Of a stretch of DNA of 53,802 nucleotides, positions 43,568 through 53,213 are shown piece after piece. The first letter of the stretch is position 1. The number at the start of each line of letters is the position of its first letter. Under the pieces are notes generated by a model that did no database searches, was not told where the DNA came from, and worked only from the letters and a program-made list of their open reading frames with translations. This DNA is from a virus (taxonomy: Duplodnaviria; Caudoviricetes). Where the stretch lies: the IMG/VR virus record IMGVR_UViG_3300024344_000017, positions 1 through 53,802 of that record. One strand, written 5' to 3'. The position numbers and the translations under genes were made by a program.

Positions 43568-46500
43568 GCGTTCAATCCTGTAACAGTAATTGTTCCATCT
43601 ATAATTCCTTGACCTATAGTATGACCTGCACCGCTTACATCATCTAATCCACCAAAAACCCAAATGTAATATTCTGTGCTGCCTGACAAACTTACAATGT
43701 CTGTCAGTAGATATGGTGCACCAGAATTAGAGCCACCTATTGAAGTGCCTCTTGTAGTAACATAATCACTAGCAGTTGCTGAAGTATAAGCAGTTGAAGA
43801 ACTTGTTGCTCTCATTGCAAAAGAAAACATAGACTCTGACTGGCTTCCAAAACTTCCTACTGGGTTTACATGAACCATTACAATGAATTTCTTAGTGCCT
43901 GAGAAAGCTGCAGTCGTAAAGTTGAAACTGAAAAGCACAGGACCATTGGCATTGGCAGTCAAACCACCCATGACATTACCAGCAGTCACATCTGGGTCTG
44001 TTGAAGTAGTGGTAGTATCAGATATGTGGAATGGTGCTGTGTCCAAAAATAAACTGCTGCTATGGTTATTAACACTGGTCATTTGCACATCATTTCCGCC
44101 TGTTCCATTAATAGTTCCAATAGAACCTGAGTTAGCAAAAGCAAAAACATCATGATTGTTTAGTTTCAAACCACTTGCAGAAGCAGTTAAACTTGTGCCA
44201 TTCAAGTTCAATGTAGTTGCTGCAACCGAACCTGCTGTAATAGAACCTGCTGTTATCGTGCCCATATTTGCAGAAATAGCAGATAAAGTAGATACATCAA
44301 TTTCAGTAGCAGTAATGCTATCTGCTGCCATATTAGATGCAGTAATAGTATCTGCTGCTATTTGGGTAGCAGTTATAGTTCCAGAAGCTATGTTCCCTGC
44401 GACTATGGTTGTTGAGGCTATTTCAGTAGTAGTTATCGTTCCTGCAAGTATCTCAGTTGCTGTTACAGCATTTGCTACTATAGAATCTGAATTTACAGCA
44501 TCTGTTGCTATCAGGGCATTTGTTACTTGGTCGTTTGCTATAGCTGCTGTTAGCACCGCATCATCTGCAATTTTTGCTGCTGTAATCAAATCATCTTCTA
44601 TGTCAGCGGTTTTAACTGCTGTGAAGTTGCCTGAAGCTGAACCTGTATAACTTGAATTGACATCGCTATGATTTATAGCTTTTACCCAATAATAATAAGT
44701 AGTACCTGCTGTTAAACCATTATGTAATCCATCTAACCATGTTGAGACTGCGTTAGGTGCACCATATTGCGTATGAACTAAACCATCGCTATCGCTACTC
44801 GGTGCGGAGTTAGATGTTTTCCTATATATTTTTACTGCCTTTAAATCAGAGTTATTAGGGTTTGTGTAAGTAATTATTATGTTCAATGCTTTGCTTGTAG
44901 ATGCTGATAAGCTACTTGGTGCGTCAGGTGCACCACTTGCTGCGGTTATCGTCACATTCACAGCAGATGTATAATCTGAATACACTCCTCTTTGACTTAC
45001 ATGACGAGCCTTCACATTATATGTTTCGCCTATTGAAACATTAGGCAGATAAGCTGTGCTAGTTCCTGCACCTACAGTAATAGACCGATATAAAGAATCT
45101 GCTTCCCCATTTAGTTTGTAAGCTACCTCTGTCCCAAACAAATAAGGTGATGTGCTGTTTGTCCATGTAGCTTTGATGTTTACTTTTGAAGATGTGCCAT
45201 CTTTAACCAGTATCTGTGCTGCTGCTAAACTGGTTGGTGCTGATACAGTATAGTCACCTGTAGGAACTTCGCTTACTGCACCCTGAGTTATCGGTGTTAC
45301 ATATTCGTTTGAAGCGAAATCGTAAGTAGCTGCATCAATCTCTTTTACGACCAATCTAACCATTGCTACAGGTATTTCGCTATTTTCCTGCATACCAAAC
45401 TCTAGTTGTGTGCTCATAACCTCAAACATCTTACTAGTCCATGAGAGCCTTTCATTAGTTATATAGACAAAGTCGCATGGCTGAACTCTTAAATATTTAG
45501 TAGTCACTAAGAGAGAAACTTGTAATGTCTTTCTTTGATGCTGTAATGCTATTTTAGATAATCTTTCTGCGGTAGTGACTGTATTGGTATACGGAAGCTG
45601 AACTTCCATTCTCTTTTTGTAATTGAGATTGCTCTCACCACTAGGTGTATCTTCAGTAAGAAAGGTGGAACTAGTTATTTCAGGACTGTCTGTTCCTACA
45701 TAATTGTTATTTTTATCAACGAATAAAGATTTTACTGAGTTGAATAATTCATTTGATTGCGTATTCTTTGTAATATCTATAGGTGCGAGTATTTCATCAT
45801 CTGTTATGGTCAATGAAGGTGTTTGCGTAGCTGCTACGAATATATTGAATTTACCATTCGTGAAAGTCATTTTACCGCCACAAGAACTTAATAAACCTTC
45901 ACAAATACCCAATCCATTAGCAGACATATTTGTGAAACCATTAGCAGTGTATCTTTCTTCAGTAACACCACCTAAAGTGACAGATTGCTCACAAGTATTA
46001 GCTGCAGACATAAAACCACCTGCGTTAGCAGTTAAATTCAATTCATCTGATGTAGCTTTTATGCCATGTGTTGTATCTGCTAAATAATCTAATAAACATA
46101 ATGCAGGGTTGTCAGTCCAAGCGTAAGTAGATGCTGTGCCTAGTCTATGTGAGCCACTACCACCTACTGTTGAATCAAGTCTCGGATCATAAATCTTTTT
46201 ACCTTTAACTAAGAATGTTATTTTAGGTACTGAGGGCATTTTTTCTGAGTCGTATATCATTTCCATGTAAACATACGCACAGGTTTTTAATTTGAAATTA
46301 TCGTCTATAACTGTTGAGCCATGTGTAGTTCTTGCTAATGCATCGTAGGAAGTTTGTGAACCATCATTGATGGTGAACCTTATCAACCTACCGCTACCGA
46401 AATTATTATCGTTATCTGTATTCGTAAAATCTGAGTTAGTGACTGTATGTATTTTATCATCTGTCCCTGCACCACTAGAAGTTGCTGATGTTGTTGTTGC

Positions 46501-46902
46501 AGTCGTTTCATTCAAATTTATAGAAACTAATTCTTCTATTTCATGTCCTGCTAAAACAAAAACCATAGATAACTTATTGTTATCAGTACCAGTAGTTCTC
46601 ATAAATGTTATCGTAGAACCTACTCTAGATAAGCCATATATAACTTGTCTTGCGTGTATTGCGCCTCTAGTAGATGTTTTAGTACCAAAGTTTGCCTGAT
46701 TTGCCTCTATGCCTTTAGAGGTCATCATACCGATACCTGCTGCTACTAGCGTCGTGGCAAAAGTAAGTACTGCCATACTAGCTGCCACAGAAAGAGAGCC
46801 GATAGTAACACCTGTTACTGCGATACCTGCTGCGCCCATAGTCGCCACTACCGCAAAAACAATTACTGCTGCGATAAGTGCTTGTTTTATCGCTTTAGCC
46901 AT
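43564..46902 (-). CDS. Tail tip / host-specificity protein (lambda J-like) with FnIII domains
   Basis: VIYG..RVG, V.GKK.YDPR, WTDNPAL...DYL, NG, FnIII repeats, decapeptide IT...I repeats. Confidence 0.85.
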   Translation of the reverse strand: MAKAIKQALIAAVIVFAVVATMGAAGIAVTGVTIGSLSVAASMAVLTFATTLVAAGIGMMTSKGIEANQANFGTKTSTRGAIHARQVIYGLSRVGSTITFMRTTGTDNNKLSMVFVLAGHEIEELVSINLNETTATTTSATSSGAGTDDKIHTVTNSDFTNTDNDNNFGSGRLIRFTINDGSQTSYDALARTTHGSTVIDDNFKLKTCAYVYMEMIYDSEKMPSVPKITFLVKGKKIYDPRLDSTVGGSGSHRLGTASTYAWTDNPALCLLDYLADTTHGIKATSDELNLTANAGGFMSAANTCEQSVTLGGVTEERYTANGFTNMSANGLGICEGLLSSCGGKMTFTNGKFNIFVAATQTPSLTITDDEILAPIDITKNTQSNELFNSVKSLFVDKNNNYVGTDSPEITSSTFLTEDTPSGESNLNYKKRMEVQLPYTNTVTTAERLSKIALQHQRKTLQVSLLVTTKYLRVQPCDFVYITNERLSWTSKMFEVMSTQLEFGMQENSEIPVAMVRLVVKEIDAATYDFASNEYVTPITQGAVSEVPTGDYTVSAPTSLAAAQILVKDGTSSKVNIKATWTNSTSPYLFGTEVAYKLNGEADSLYRSITVGAGTSTAYLPNVSIGETYNVKARHVSQRGVYSDYTSAVNVTITAASGAPDAPSSLSASTSKALNIIITYTNPNNSDLKAVKIYRKTSNSAPSSDSDGLVHTQYGAPNAVSTWLDGLHNGLTAGTTYYYWVKAINHSDVNSSYTGSASGNFTAVKTADIEDDLITAAKIADDAVLTAAIANDQVTNALIATDAVNSDSIVANAVTATEILAGTITTTEIASTTIVAGNIASGTITATQIAADTITASNMAADSITATEIDVSTLSAISANMGTITAGSITAGSVAATTLNLNGTSLTASASGLKLNNHDVFAFANSGSIGTINGTGGNDVQMTSVNNHSSSLFLDTAPFHISDTTTTSTDPDVTAGNVMGGLTANANGPVLFSFNFTTAAFSGTKKFIVMVHVNPVGSFGSQSESMFSFAMRATSSSTAYTSATASDYVTTRGTSIGGSNSGAPYLLTDIVSLSGSTEYYIWVFGGLDDVSGAGHTIGQGIIDGTITVTGLNA

Positions 46903-47311
46903 CTACTCGCCACCCTCTTAGAGCTAGTTCTGTCGGTTTGACTTCTATACCATCATCTGAAGGTGCTAATATAGCACTACCATCGTATATACCTGCTAAC
47001 TCACTTTCTTCTTTAAAAATAACTAAATCACCGCACTGCAAAAACATCGGTTTGATTTTCTTTAGTTTCTTAAGTTTTGCTGCTTTATCAATAGCTTTTC
47101 CTAGTGTTCCACCATATTCTTTAATTGCTTCCATAGCTGATGCTTCGTCTTTCCATTTAAGTGATTTTGGTATCAAGTTCTCTCCTGTTATAGCTTTTAT
47201 ACAAGCGTCAGAGAAAAGACAACAATCCCACTTACCCCATACGAAAGGTTTATGATAATTTTCTTTTACGAATTCATTAAATACAGGTTGCCAATCTATA
47301 ATTTTTTTCAT
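46895..47311 (-). CDS. NlpC/P60-like tail-tip-associated protein
   Basis: PF.WG..DC..F...C...TG and GD motifs; position between hub and tip genes. Confidence 0.75.
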   Translation of the reverse strand: MKKIIDWQPVFNEFVKENYHKPFVWGKWDCCLFSDACIKAITGENLIPKSLKWKDEASAMEAIKEYGGTLGKAIDKAAKLKKLKKIKPMFLQCGDLVIFKEESELAGIYDGSAILAPSDDGIEVKPTELALRGWRVDG

Positions 47312-47937
47312 CGCATCTGCCTACCACGACCATTACTCTCACCACTATCACTACTAGAAGTATCGTCATTTGAAGGTCGTCCCCAATCTAATTGTTTGTC
47401 TTGTATAGCCATGACATATTTAAACCCTGTGTCTGAAGTGTCTATAATTTGTTGAGACGCTTGTGTATAACGCAAATTGCATGGTCTGTTTAAATCTACT
47501 AGTCTGTTCTCGGCATTGACTACAATAGTCATGCCAGTCGGTGTATCATTCACTGATAGATTGGTTATTCTGCCTGAAAAAAGAGTTATCTCGCCTGAAC
47601 TGACATTACTGCCGCCACTCAAATAACCCATATATAGGAATATCTTTCTGTTCTGTATATCTTCAGACAAAGCTAAATTCAATACAGTTTCGTTCATTCC
47701 AGAAAGAGAAAAGCTACAGTTAGTGCTTTTCATTTCTAAGGTATCTTCAATATCACCTACATTAAGCAAATCACCTGCGCCAGTATAGGTTTCGCTGTTT
47801 ATTGTTATGTCATCAATACCTGTCCAGACTCTAATTGTGTCTGAATCAAATTGTGCCTTTACTGCAAAAAATAGTAATTGATGTTCTGCGCCAAGACGAT
47901 TTATTATATTGGCATCTATACCAGTTCTTGAAGCCAT
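47308..47937 (-). CDS. Minor tail / tail hub protein
   Basis: WTG...Y.GAG, RYT..SQ, D.GF, WG pattern; position. Confidence 0.7.
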   Translation of the reverse strand: MASRTGIDANIINRLGAEHQLLFFAVKAQFDSDTIRVWTGIDDITINSETYTGAGDLLNVGDIEDTLEMKSTNCSFSLSGMNETVLNLALSEDIQNRKIFLYMGYLSGGSNVSSGEITLFSGRITNLSVNDTPTGMTIVVNAENRLVDLNRPCNLRYTQASQQIIDTSDTGFKYVMAIQDKQLDWGRPSNDDTSSSDSGESNGRGRQMR

Positions 47938-48818
47938 TAGGTATTACTCGCTGCAATGTCCTCAACCGCATGTATAGACAAACTATAGGTACTTGCTCTA
48001 TCTGCCTTCCAATTAAAATTAGATTCAACTAACCTAAACAATCCTTTTGGACTGCTAAACATGACAAAATATCCATCAGTTAAGTCTTTTCTAAGTCTTG
48101 GCTGAGTTTTAACTGCTATGCTAGTTCCTGACTGCGTAGCATCTTCTGTTACTAACAAAAGCTGAAAAGGTTGATGAGATGTGCTGTTGCCACTCAAAAC
48201 ACCTAAATAATCGCCTTTTTTGACAGTTCCTGTTCCAGAACTAACGCTAGTCAATGCTAAACCTGTAGCACCTGCTATATTCTGCCTTACTGTGCAACTA
48301 GCTGTATTACTCTCTGTAGTTAATGTAGTCCCTACTACGATTGTTGTGTTGTTAGTTATAGAACTTATTTTATGTGTGCCATTATTTACTTCATTTGTAG
48401 CACCAGTAATATGTATAAAATCACCTGCTATCAAGCTACCGAATATAGCTGTTCCTGCAGTTATCGTAGAACCGCTAAATGAAAGAGTTTCACTTGTATC
48501 ATCTACCCTGCGTGAAGCAGTCATGTGTGTTTGATTATAAGTTCCTTGATTAGTTTTCGCATCAGGGTCGCTTAATTGAAAAGAGTTTACAGGACCTTTG
48601 CACTCTGCCAAAAATGCCTGCCACTCAACGACTTGTGTTCTACTCATGGGTGGCAAAGTTAGCTGCGCTCTCCAATAAGTATTGGCAAACTCTTGTGTGT
48701 ATTGCTGACCAGTAAATGGACTAACTGTTGTTCCTATTGTTCTTATTAACTCCCATTCACTTTGCATAAAACCTACATTTGTAGGCATTGTTACTATGTT
48801 GTTTGTGCTAGTTGTCAT
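47937..48818 (-). CDS. Distal tail-like protein with inserted domain
   Basis: SPFTG..Q, W...LTLPP, G..N.F, P.G.FRL; follows the tape measure gene. Confidence 0.65.
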   Translation of the reverse strand: MTTSTNNIVTMPTNVGFMQSEWELIRTIGTTVSPFTGQQYTQEFANTYWRAQLTLPPMSRTQVVEWQAFLAECKGPVNSFQLSDPDAKTNQGTYNQTHMTASRRVDDTSETLSFSGSTITAGTAIFGSLIAGDFIHITGATNEVNNGTHKISSITNNTTIVVGTTLTTESNTASCTVRQNIAGATGLALTSVSSGTGTVKKGDYLGVLSGNSTSHQPFQLLLVTEDATQSGTSIAVKTQPRLRKDLTDGYFVMFSSPKGLFRLVESNFNWKADRASTYSLSIHAVEDIAASNT

Positions 48819-50806
48819 GTGCCACCTAATAATCCTTTTCTATACGCACCACCTCTAGCTGCTGCTTCAAATACTGCCATTTTGGATGTTTCTGCGATTT
48901 GTGGTAGCATTTTTTGGACTTCTGCTCTAGCAGTAGCACCTACACCCAAAGCAAAGTTATTGTTTTGAACAACAGTAACACCACCACCGCCCATAGCATT
49001 CCTGCTATTCATATTGTTTAAAACTGTTCCACCAGTGTTCGGCATAAATATCTCTGGACCACGCTCTCCTACCAATACTGGTCTGTTAGCTTGTATAGTC
49101 CCACCACCTGCTGCTCCACCAGTACTCAGACCTGAGCCAGTTCTCGGTGCAGATATACCGAATGAACCCAATATAGCATCAACAATAGGTTGTATTACTA
49201 AGAGTTTCATAAAAGTAGAGATAATAGCTGCTACAATCTGTTTGCTCATATCTTTGAATGTTTCTAAAGCGTTTTGTCCTTCCATCAAAGCATTAACAAA
49301 GTTATCAGCAAAATTGTCCGATATTTGTTTTACTCTTTCTCCTATCTCAGCCATTGCTTTACCAACTGGACCAGTAGCCTCTAAAAATTCTTGATAAAGG
49401 GCATTCGCTTGTTCTTGTGATATAGTCCCATCAGCAAGTGCTGCAGTTAGCAAGTCTTGTGCTTTTGTCATATCTTCAATACCTACTGTCCCTGCTTCTA
49501 TTTCACCTCTCAAATCTGTTAGAGTTTTTAATCTTTCTTTAATTGCATCATTCCCTTCTGTAATAGTAATAGTCATTGGGTCTTTTCCATCTTCTTCTGG
49601 GAGAAAACTTTGACCTAAACCTTCAAATGCTGCATTTATTTCGGTCATAACATCTTCTATAGCACCTAGTATTTCATCTCTGAATGCATATATTGTTCCT
49701 GCACCTGCAACTACACCGACACCTGCTGCTGCTGCTGCGACAGGGTTCAACATAGCAGTCGCCATCAAACCTATCAAAGCGGTTCTAGTCGCAACGATTG
49801 CTTTCCTAGCATTAGTCATCGCTACCGCTAAAGTGCCCATAGCAGATGCTAGTGCACCAAATATAGCTTTAGTCACCATAACAGTTGCTATTACACCTAA
49901 CGCTTGAAGTCCTAGTATTACTTTGCCGATGTTTTCGTCCATCGCTTCTAGTACTGAGTTCAAAGTATCTACTGCTTTCGCCATAGTCATACCCAACATT
50001 TCAGCTAAACCATTTTTACCTGAAGTGTCAGCCAATACATCTTGAAATGTAGTAGATAATCTAATCAACGATTGATTTAGACCTGCTTCACCAACCGCAT
50101 TCTGAAATATACTGACTTTATCTGTTAAGTTTGAGAATGAACCTGTTAAAGTGTTTAGTCGGTCTGAGATAGCAGTTTCAAAATTTACTTCTCCTACCTT
50201 TGTTACGAAATCAATAACATTTTCAGTAGTGTTCTTGAAAGTTTCTTCTATAGTTCCTGCAACACCTTTCTCACCAAATCGCAGAGTAATCATGTCTCCT
50301 GCTCTTTCTCCAGTAAAACCCATTAACTGTAGGGATTCCATACTGGTAGTAGATGCTCTGAATATAGCTTTCGCCATTTCATCTATAGATTTATTTTGTG
50401 CTGCTGCTACATTACCGATACCTTCCATTTGTTTCCGTGTCATGCTGACACCAAGTCGCCTAAATTCAATGAAGGCTCTTGTTACTTCTTCAATTTGGAA
50501 TGTTGTGGTTTTTGTGAAATCTAATATATCTTCAAACGCTTTATTAGTTTCTTGTAGGTCGCCTGTGTTGGCTTGTATTGTTGCTCTTAAATCCTCAAAA
50601 GTTCTAGAGGTGGTGACGACACCTGATACAAATTTTGCTAAACCTACTCCTGCTAATACTTTTGATAGATTAGAAAAGGTGAGTAGTGATGCTCTTGCGC
50701 TTTTATTTACAGAACCTAATTGCTTATTTACTTGGTTGAGACCTTTCCTCAGACCTGCTGTTTCTGCTCGTATCTCTACTATTAGTTGATCAACTGGTGT
50801 AGCCAT
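48815..50806 (-). CDS. Tail tape measure protein
   Basis: Helical Ala-rich body, central hydrophobic segment, AGGG...LVGERGPE.F.P tail. Confidence 0.92.
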   Translation of the reverse strand: MATPVDQLIVEIRAETAGLRKGLNQVNKQLGSVNKSARASLLTFSNLSKVLAGVGLAKFVSGVVTTSRTFEDLRATIQANTGDLQETNKAFEDILDFTKTTTFQIEEVTRAFIEFRRLGVSMTRKQMEGIGNVAAAQNKSIDEMAKAIFRASTTSMESLQLMGFTGERAGDMITLRFGEKGVAGTIEETFKNTTENVIDFVTKVGEVNFETAISDRLNTLTGSFSNLTDKVSIFQNAVGEAGLNQSLIRLSTTFQDVLADTSGKNGLAEMLGMTMAKAVDTLNSVLEAMDENIGKVILGLQALGVIATVMVTKAIFGALASAMGTLAVAMTNARKAIVATRTALIGLMATAMLNPVAAAAAGVGVVAGAGTIYAFRDEILGAIEDVMTEINAAFEGLGQSFLPEEDGKDPMTITITEGNDAIKERLKTLTDLRGEIEAGTVGIEDMTKAQDLLTAALADGTISQEQANALYQEFLEATGPVGKAMAEIGERVKQISDNFADNFVNALMEGQNALETFKDMSKQIVAAIISTFMKLLVIQPIVDAILGSFGISAPRTGSGLSTGGAAGGGTIQANRPVLVGERGPEIFMPNTGGTVLNNMNSRNAMGGGGVTVVQNNNFALGVGATARAEVQKMLPQIAETSKMAVFEAAARGGAYRKGLLGGT

Positions 50807-51015
50807 TAGTCAGGGTATAACTCCATTAGATTTTGAAGTCCTTCTTTATCCATCGGCTGCTTTTCTTCTGCTGCGTGGAATTCTATAAACCCATTCATAG
50901 CACAGTTCAATTCTATAACTGAGCAATTCCAGAATTCTGTCGGAGCCATGCCTATCATTCCCATGCAAATCTCCATATATCTCCTGATTGGCAGGGTATC
51001 TTCAACCTTTACTCC
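50806..51015 (-). CDS. Tail assembly chaperone C-terminal (gpT-like) frame, reached by -1 frameshift
   Basis: Hand-translated -1 frame GVKVEDTLPIRRYMEICMG...PTEFWNCS..E...LMELYPD*, whose stop overlaps the tape measure ATG. Confidence 0.8.
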   Translation of the reverse strand, partial: GVKVEDTLPIRRYMEICMGMIGMAPTEFWNCSVIELNCAMNGFIEFHAAEEKQPMDKEGLQNLMELYPD

Positions 51016-51356
51016 TTTTTTTTTCCTGTTTCTTCTCCTTCTTCGCCTGAATCAGTCGTAAGTGATTGTGTTAAAAGTTCAGCAACTACTCTAGCTGCTT
51101 CAACTATACCTACTTCTCCTACTATTTTTTTTACATCATTTACTTGAATGTCTTGTCCACCACCACGCAATGCAGGTGTAAGAACATTTATAATGTCTGA
51201 CATCATGATATCTGCTTCAGCCATTCGTGTTGCGAGTTTGATTATTCCGCAACCACAAGACTGTTCTATTTGTATTATAGAATCAACAGTTAGTCTAGCT
51301 TTATAGCTTTTGCTACCTAATGTAACATCAACCTGTGCTTTCATTGGATTTGTCAT
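51009..51356 (-). CDS. Tail assembly chaperone (gpG / GTA-gp10-like)
   Basis: MTNP...V.LG..Y..RLT...I..IE; ends at slippery GGA AAA AAA AAG. Confidence 0.82.
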   Translation of the reverse strand: MTNPMKAQVDVTLGSKSYKARLTVDSIIQIEQSCGCGIIKLATRMAEADIMMSDIINVLTPALRGGGQDIQVNDVKKIVGEVGIVEAARVVAELLTQSLTTDSGEEGEETGKKKE

Positions 51357-51582
51357 CTGACTCTCCTAGTTTTTTCGGACTCCCCATTGGAAGTTCTAAT
51401 TTTATTTTTATTATATTATCTCTTTTGTCAACAAAAGCTGATAACACCTTAAAAGACTTGCCTTCCACCATAACGCTAGTCGGCTTATCTTTATACACAT
51501 TAGGCATCTCTAGGGAATCTTTCTGCATAAACGCAGTAATTCCTTTGTTGCCCTCTTTAACAGTGACCTTTTTCCACGCCAT
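51328..51582 (-). CDS. Hypothetical tail-region protein
   Basis: ORF between tail tube and chaperone genes. Confidence 0.6.
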   Translation of the reverse strand: MAWKKVTVKEGNKGITAFMQKDSLEMPNVYKDKPTSVMVEGKSFKVLSAFVDKRDNIIKIKLELPMGSPKKLGESDDKSNESTG

Positions 51583-51592
51583 AAGTTATTCC

Positions 51593-52000
51593 CTATGCTG
51601 ATGTAAAGGAAACTGCCCCAGAAGATTCTAAAGACACGCTATATGTCGCCTCGCCATTATACTCTCCTGCGTACTCTAATGATGTGACCATAAATGCACC
51701 TGCATAAGTTCCAAAGTCTGGAATTATGAGTTGGAACAGCTTAAAAGCTGTAGCATTCATAGCATCTTTTAGAGTAGTTTCAGACGCTGCATCTGTAAAT
51801 ACACCACTTCCTGATACAGAAACTGAGTGTATTCCACCATCAGCTAACAAAGTACGATTCCCTGAAGAATCTTTGTTAGTGACATCAACCGCTTCGTCAT
51901 TGAGAGTTATGGAAGTAGAACGCAATCCACCAACAGTAGCATAAGTACTACCACTAGTGTTTATTTTGAGCAGTAGTTCCGCTCCTTTCTGTGCTGCCAT
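51593..52000 (-). CDS. Major tail tube protein (TP901-1/GTA-like)
   Basis: MAAQKG..LLLK, GGLR, VDVTNKDS, SGSGVF, PDFG, LEYAG..NGE..Y...LES.G. Confidence 0.92.
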   Translation of the reverse strand: MAAQKGAELLLKINTSGSTYATVGGLRSTSITLNDEAVDVTNKDSSGNRTLLADGGIHSVSVSGSGVFTDAASETTLKDAMNATAFKLFQLIIPDFGTYAGAFMVTSLEYAGEYNGEATYSVSLESSGAVSFTSA

Positions 52001-52021
52001 AATTTACCTCACTTATATATA

Positions 52022-52423
52022 TTAACCTAATAATATTGCACGAAATCTCATGACACCATGTCTTGTAATCCCATCTGGGTCTCTCATTATATCACTAAAT
52101 TCCCATCTTAAGTTAATCAGATTGAAACCAGTAACACTCAAACTACTATCATGCAACAAAGTATGTATTCTGTCCATAATATTCTTCGTTTCTTTACTAC
52201 CTTTATATTCAGACCATACATGGATATTTACCGAACTATCTGCACCATTTACATCTTTTGTTCCATAATCTATCGCACTATCTTCACCTATTGCTACAAA
52301 AGGATAGCTAGTGCTTTCAGGGACATCGTCATATACAGAAGCAGAATAAGTGCTAGTTAGCGTAGAGTCATTGCTCAAAGCTGTATATACTGCTGTTTGT
52401 AAAGCGAATTGTCCGACACTCAT
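52022..52423 (-). CDS. Tail terminator / completion protein (DUF3168-like)
   Basis: LQ.A.Y..L, VYD.VP...YP...IG, HVWS...G, D.DG.T.HG..RF. Confidence 0.88.
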   Translation of the reverse strand: MSVGQFALQTAVYTALSNDSTLTSTYSASVYDDVPESTSYPFVAIGEDSAIDYGTKDVNGADSSVNIHVWSEYKGSKETKNIMDRIHTLLHDSSLSVTGFNLINLRWEFSDIMRDPDGITRHGVMRFRAILLG

Positions 52424-52884
52424 CTTCTTAACACTCCTTCTGATTTGAATATTTTTACTATTTGTTTAGAAGATTTACTCAATGCAGGTACTAAAAAAGG
52501 TCTTTCACCCATATTTGATGTGCCAAATTCCAAATGTTTAGCATAATTTCCACCAGAACCATCACTTGCGTATGCCATTATTTTGCCTACTAAATTCTTA
52601 CCTTCTTCTTCTACCGATACAGTAATACCACTTATAAGCGTACCAGTATCTGTTGCAGGTGCTTGTCCTTTGGCTGATGCTCTGTGTGTTCTTCTTGGGT
52701 TATATTTTTCATACACTTCACCAGTTTTTGCACCACTAGCTATGCTAGTTATAGCTTCGTTTCTCACTACTAACACACAACGACCTAATGCTTTAGATAT
52801 TTTATTAGGCGCATCCTTGACCAGTCTTTTGTGCATTTTCCTTTGGAATTCTTCTAAATTCTTTATCCTTGCGCCATTTTGCAT
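52420..52884 (-). CDS. HK97 gp10-like neck/tail completion protein
   Basis: H.ASA.G.AP..DTG.L, YA..LEFGT..M..RPFL.PA. Confidence 0.88.
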   Translation of the reverse strand: MQNGARIKNLEEFQRKMHKRLVKDAPNKISKALGRCVLVVRNEAITSIASGAKTGEVYEKYNPRRTHRASAKGQAPATDTGTLISGITVSVEEEGKNLVGKIMAYASDGSGGNYAKHLEFGTSNMGERPFLVPALSKSSKQIVKIFKSEGVLRR

Positions 52885-53213
52885 TATGAAACTACTCCCT
52901 CAACACACGAAAGGAGAAGGAATCTATCTCTTTCTTCAACATTTAATATGGATTTGATGTTAAATGTCCTGCTGTCATAAACAATCCTGTAGGCAGCGTC
53001 TATGTCGCTCCTATGCCTAATATAGATGTCATGTGTAACATCATCTTGTATTTTCCCTTGTCTGTAAGACTCTTTACCGCTTTTTGGGATTATATTTGCC
53101 CAAATATCAGCTACTCTAGACCATGCTTGTGTTCTTCCGCCACCTGCATCAGTTGTGTTTGTTGCAGATTGTATTTGAACTCTATATCTCATTTTACCGA
53201 TAGAGTTCGCCAT
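52884..53213 (-). CDS. Head closure / head-tail adaptor (SPP1 gp16-like)
   Basis: G.MR.RV.IQ, D..GG....W, WA.I.P..G.E, TH.I.IR, R.F.I. Confidence 0.88.
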   Translation of the reverse strand: MANSIGKMRYRVQIQSATNTTDAGGGRTQAWSRVADIWANIIPKSGKESYRQGKIQDDVTHDIYIRHRSDIDAAYRIVYDSRTFNIKSILNVEERDRFLLLSCVEGVVS

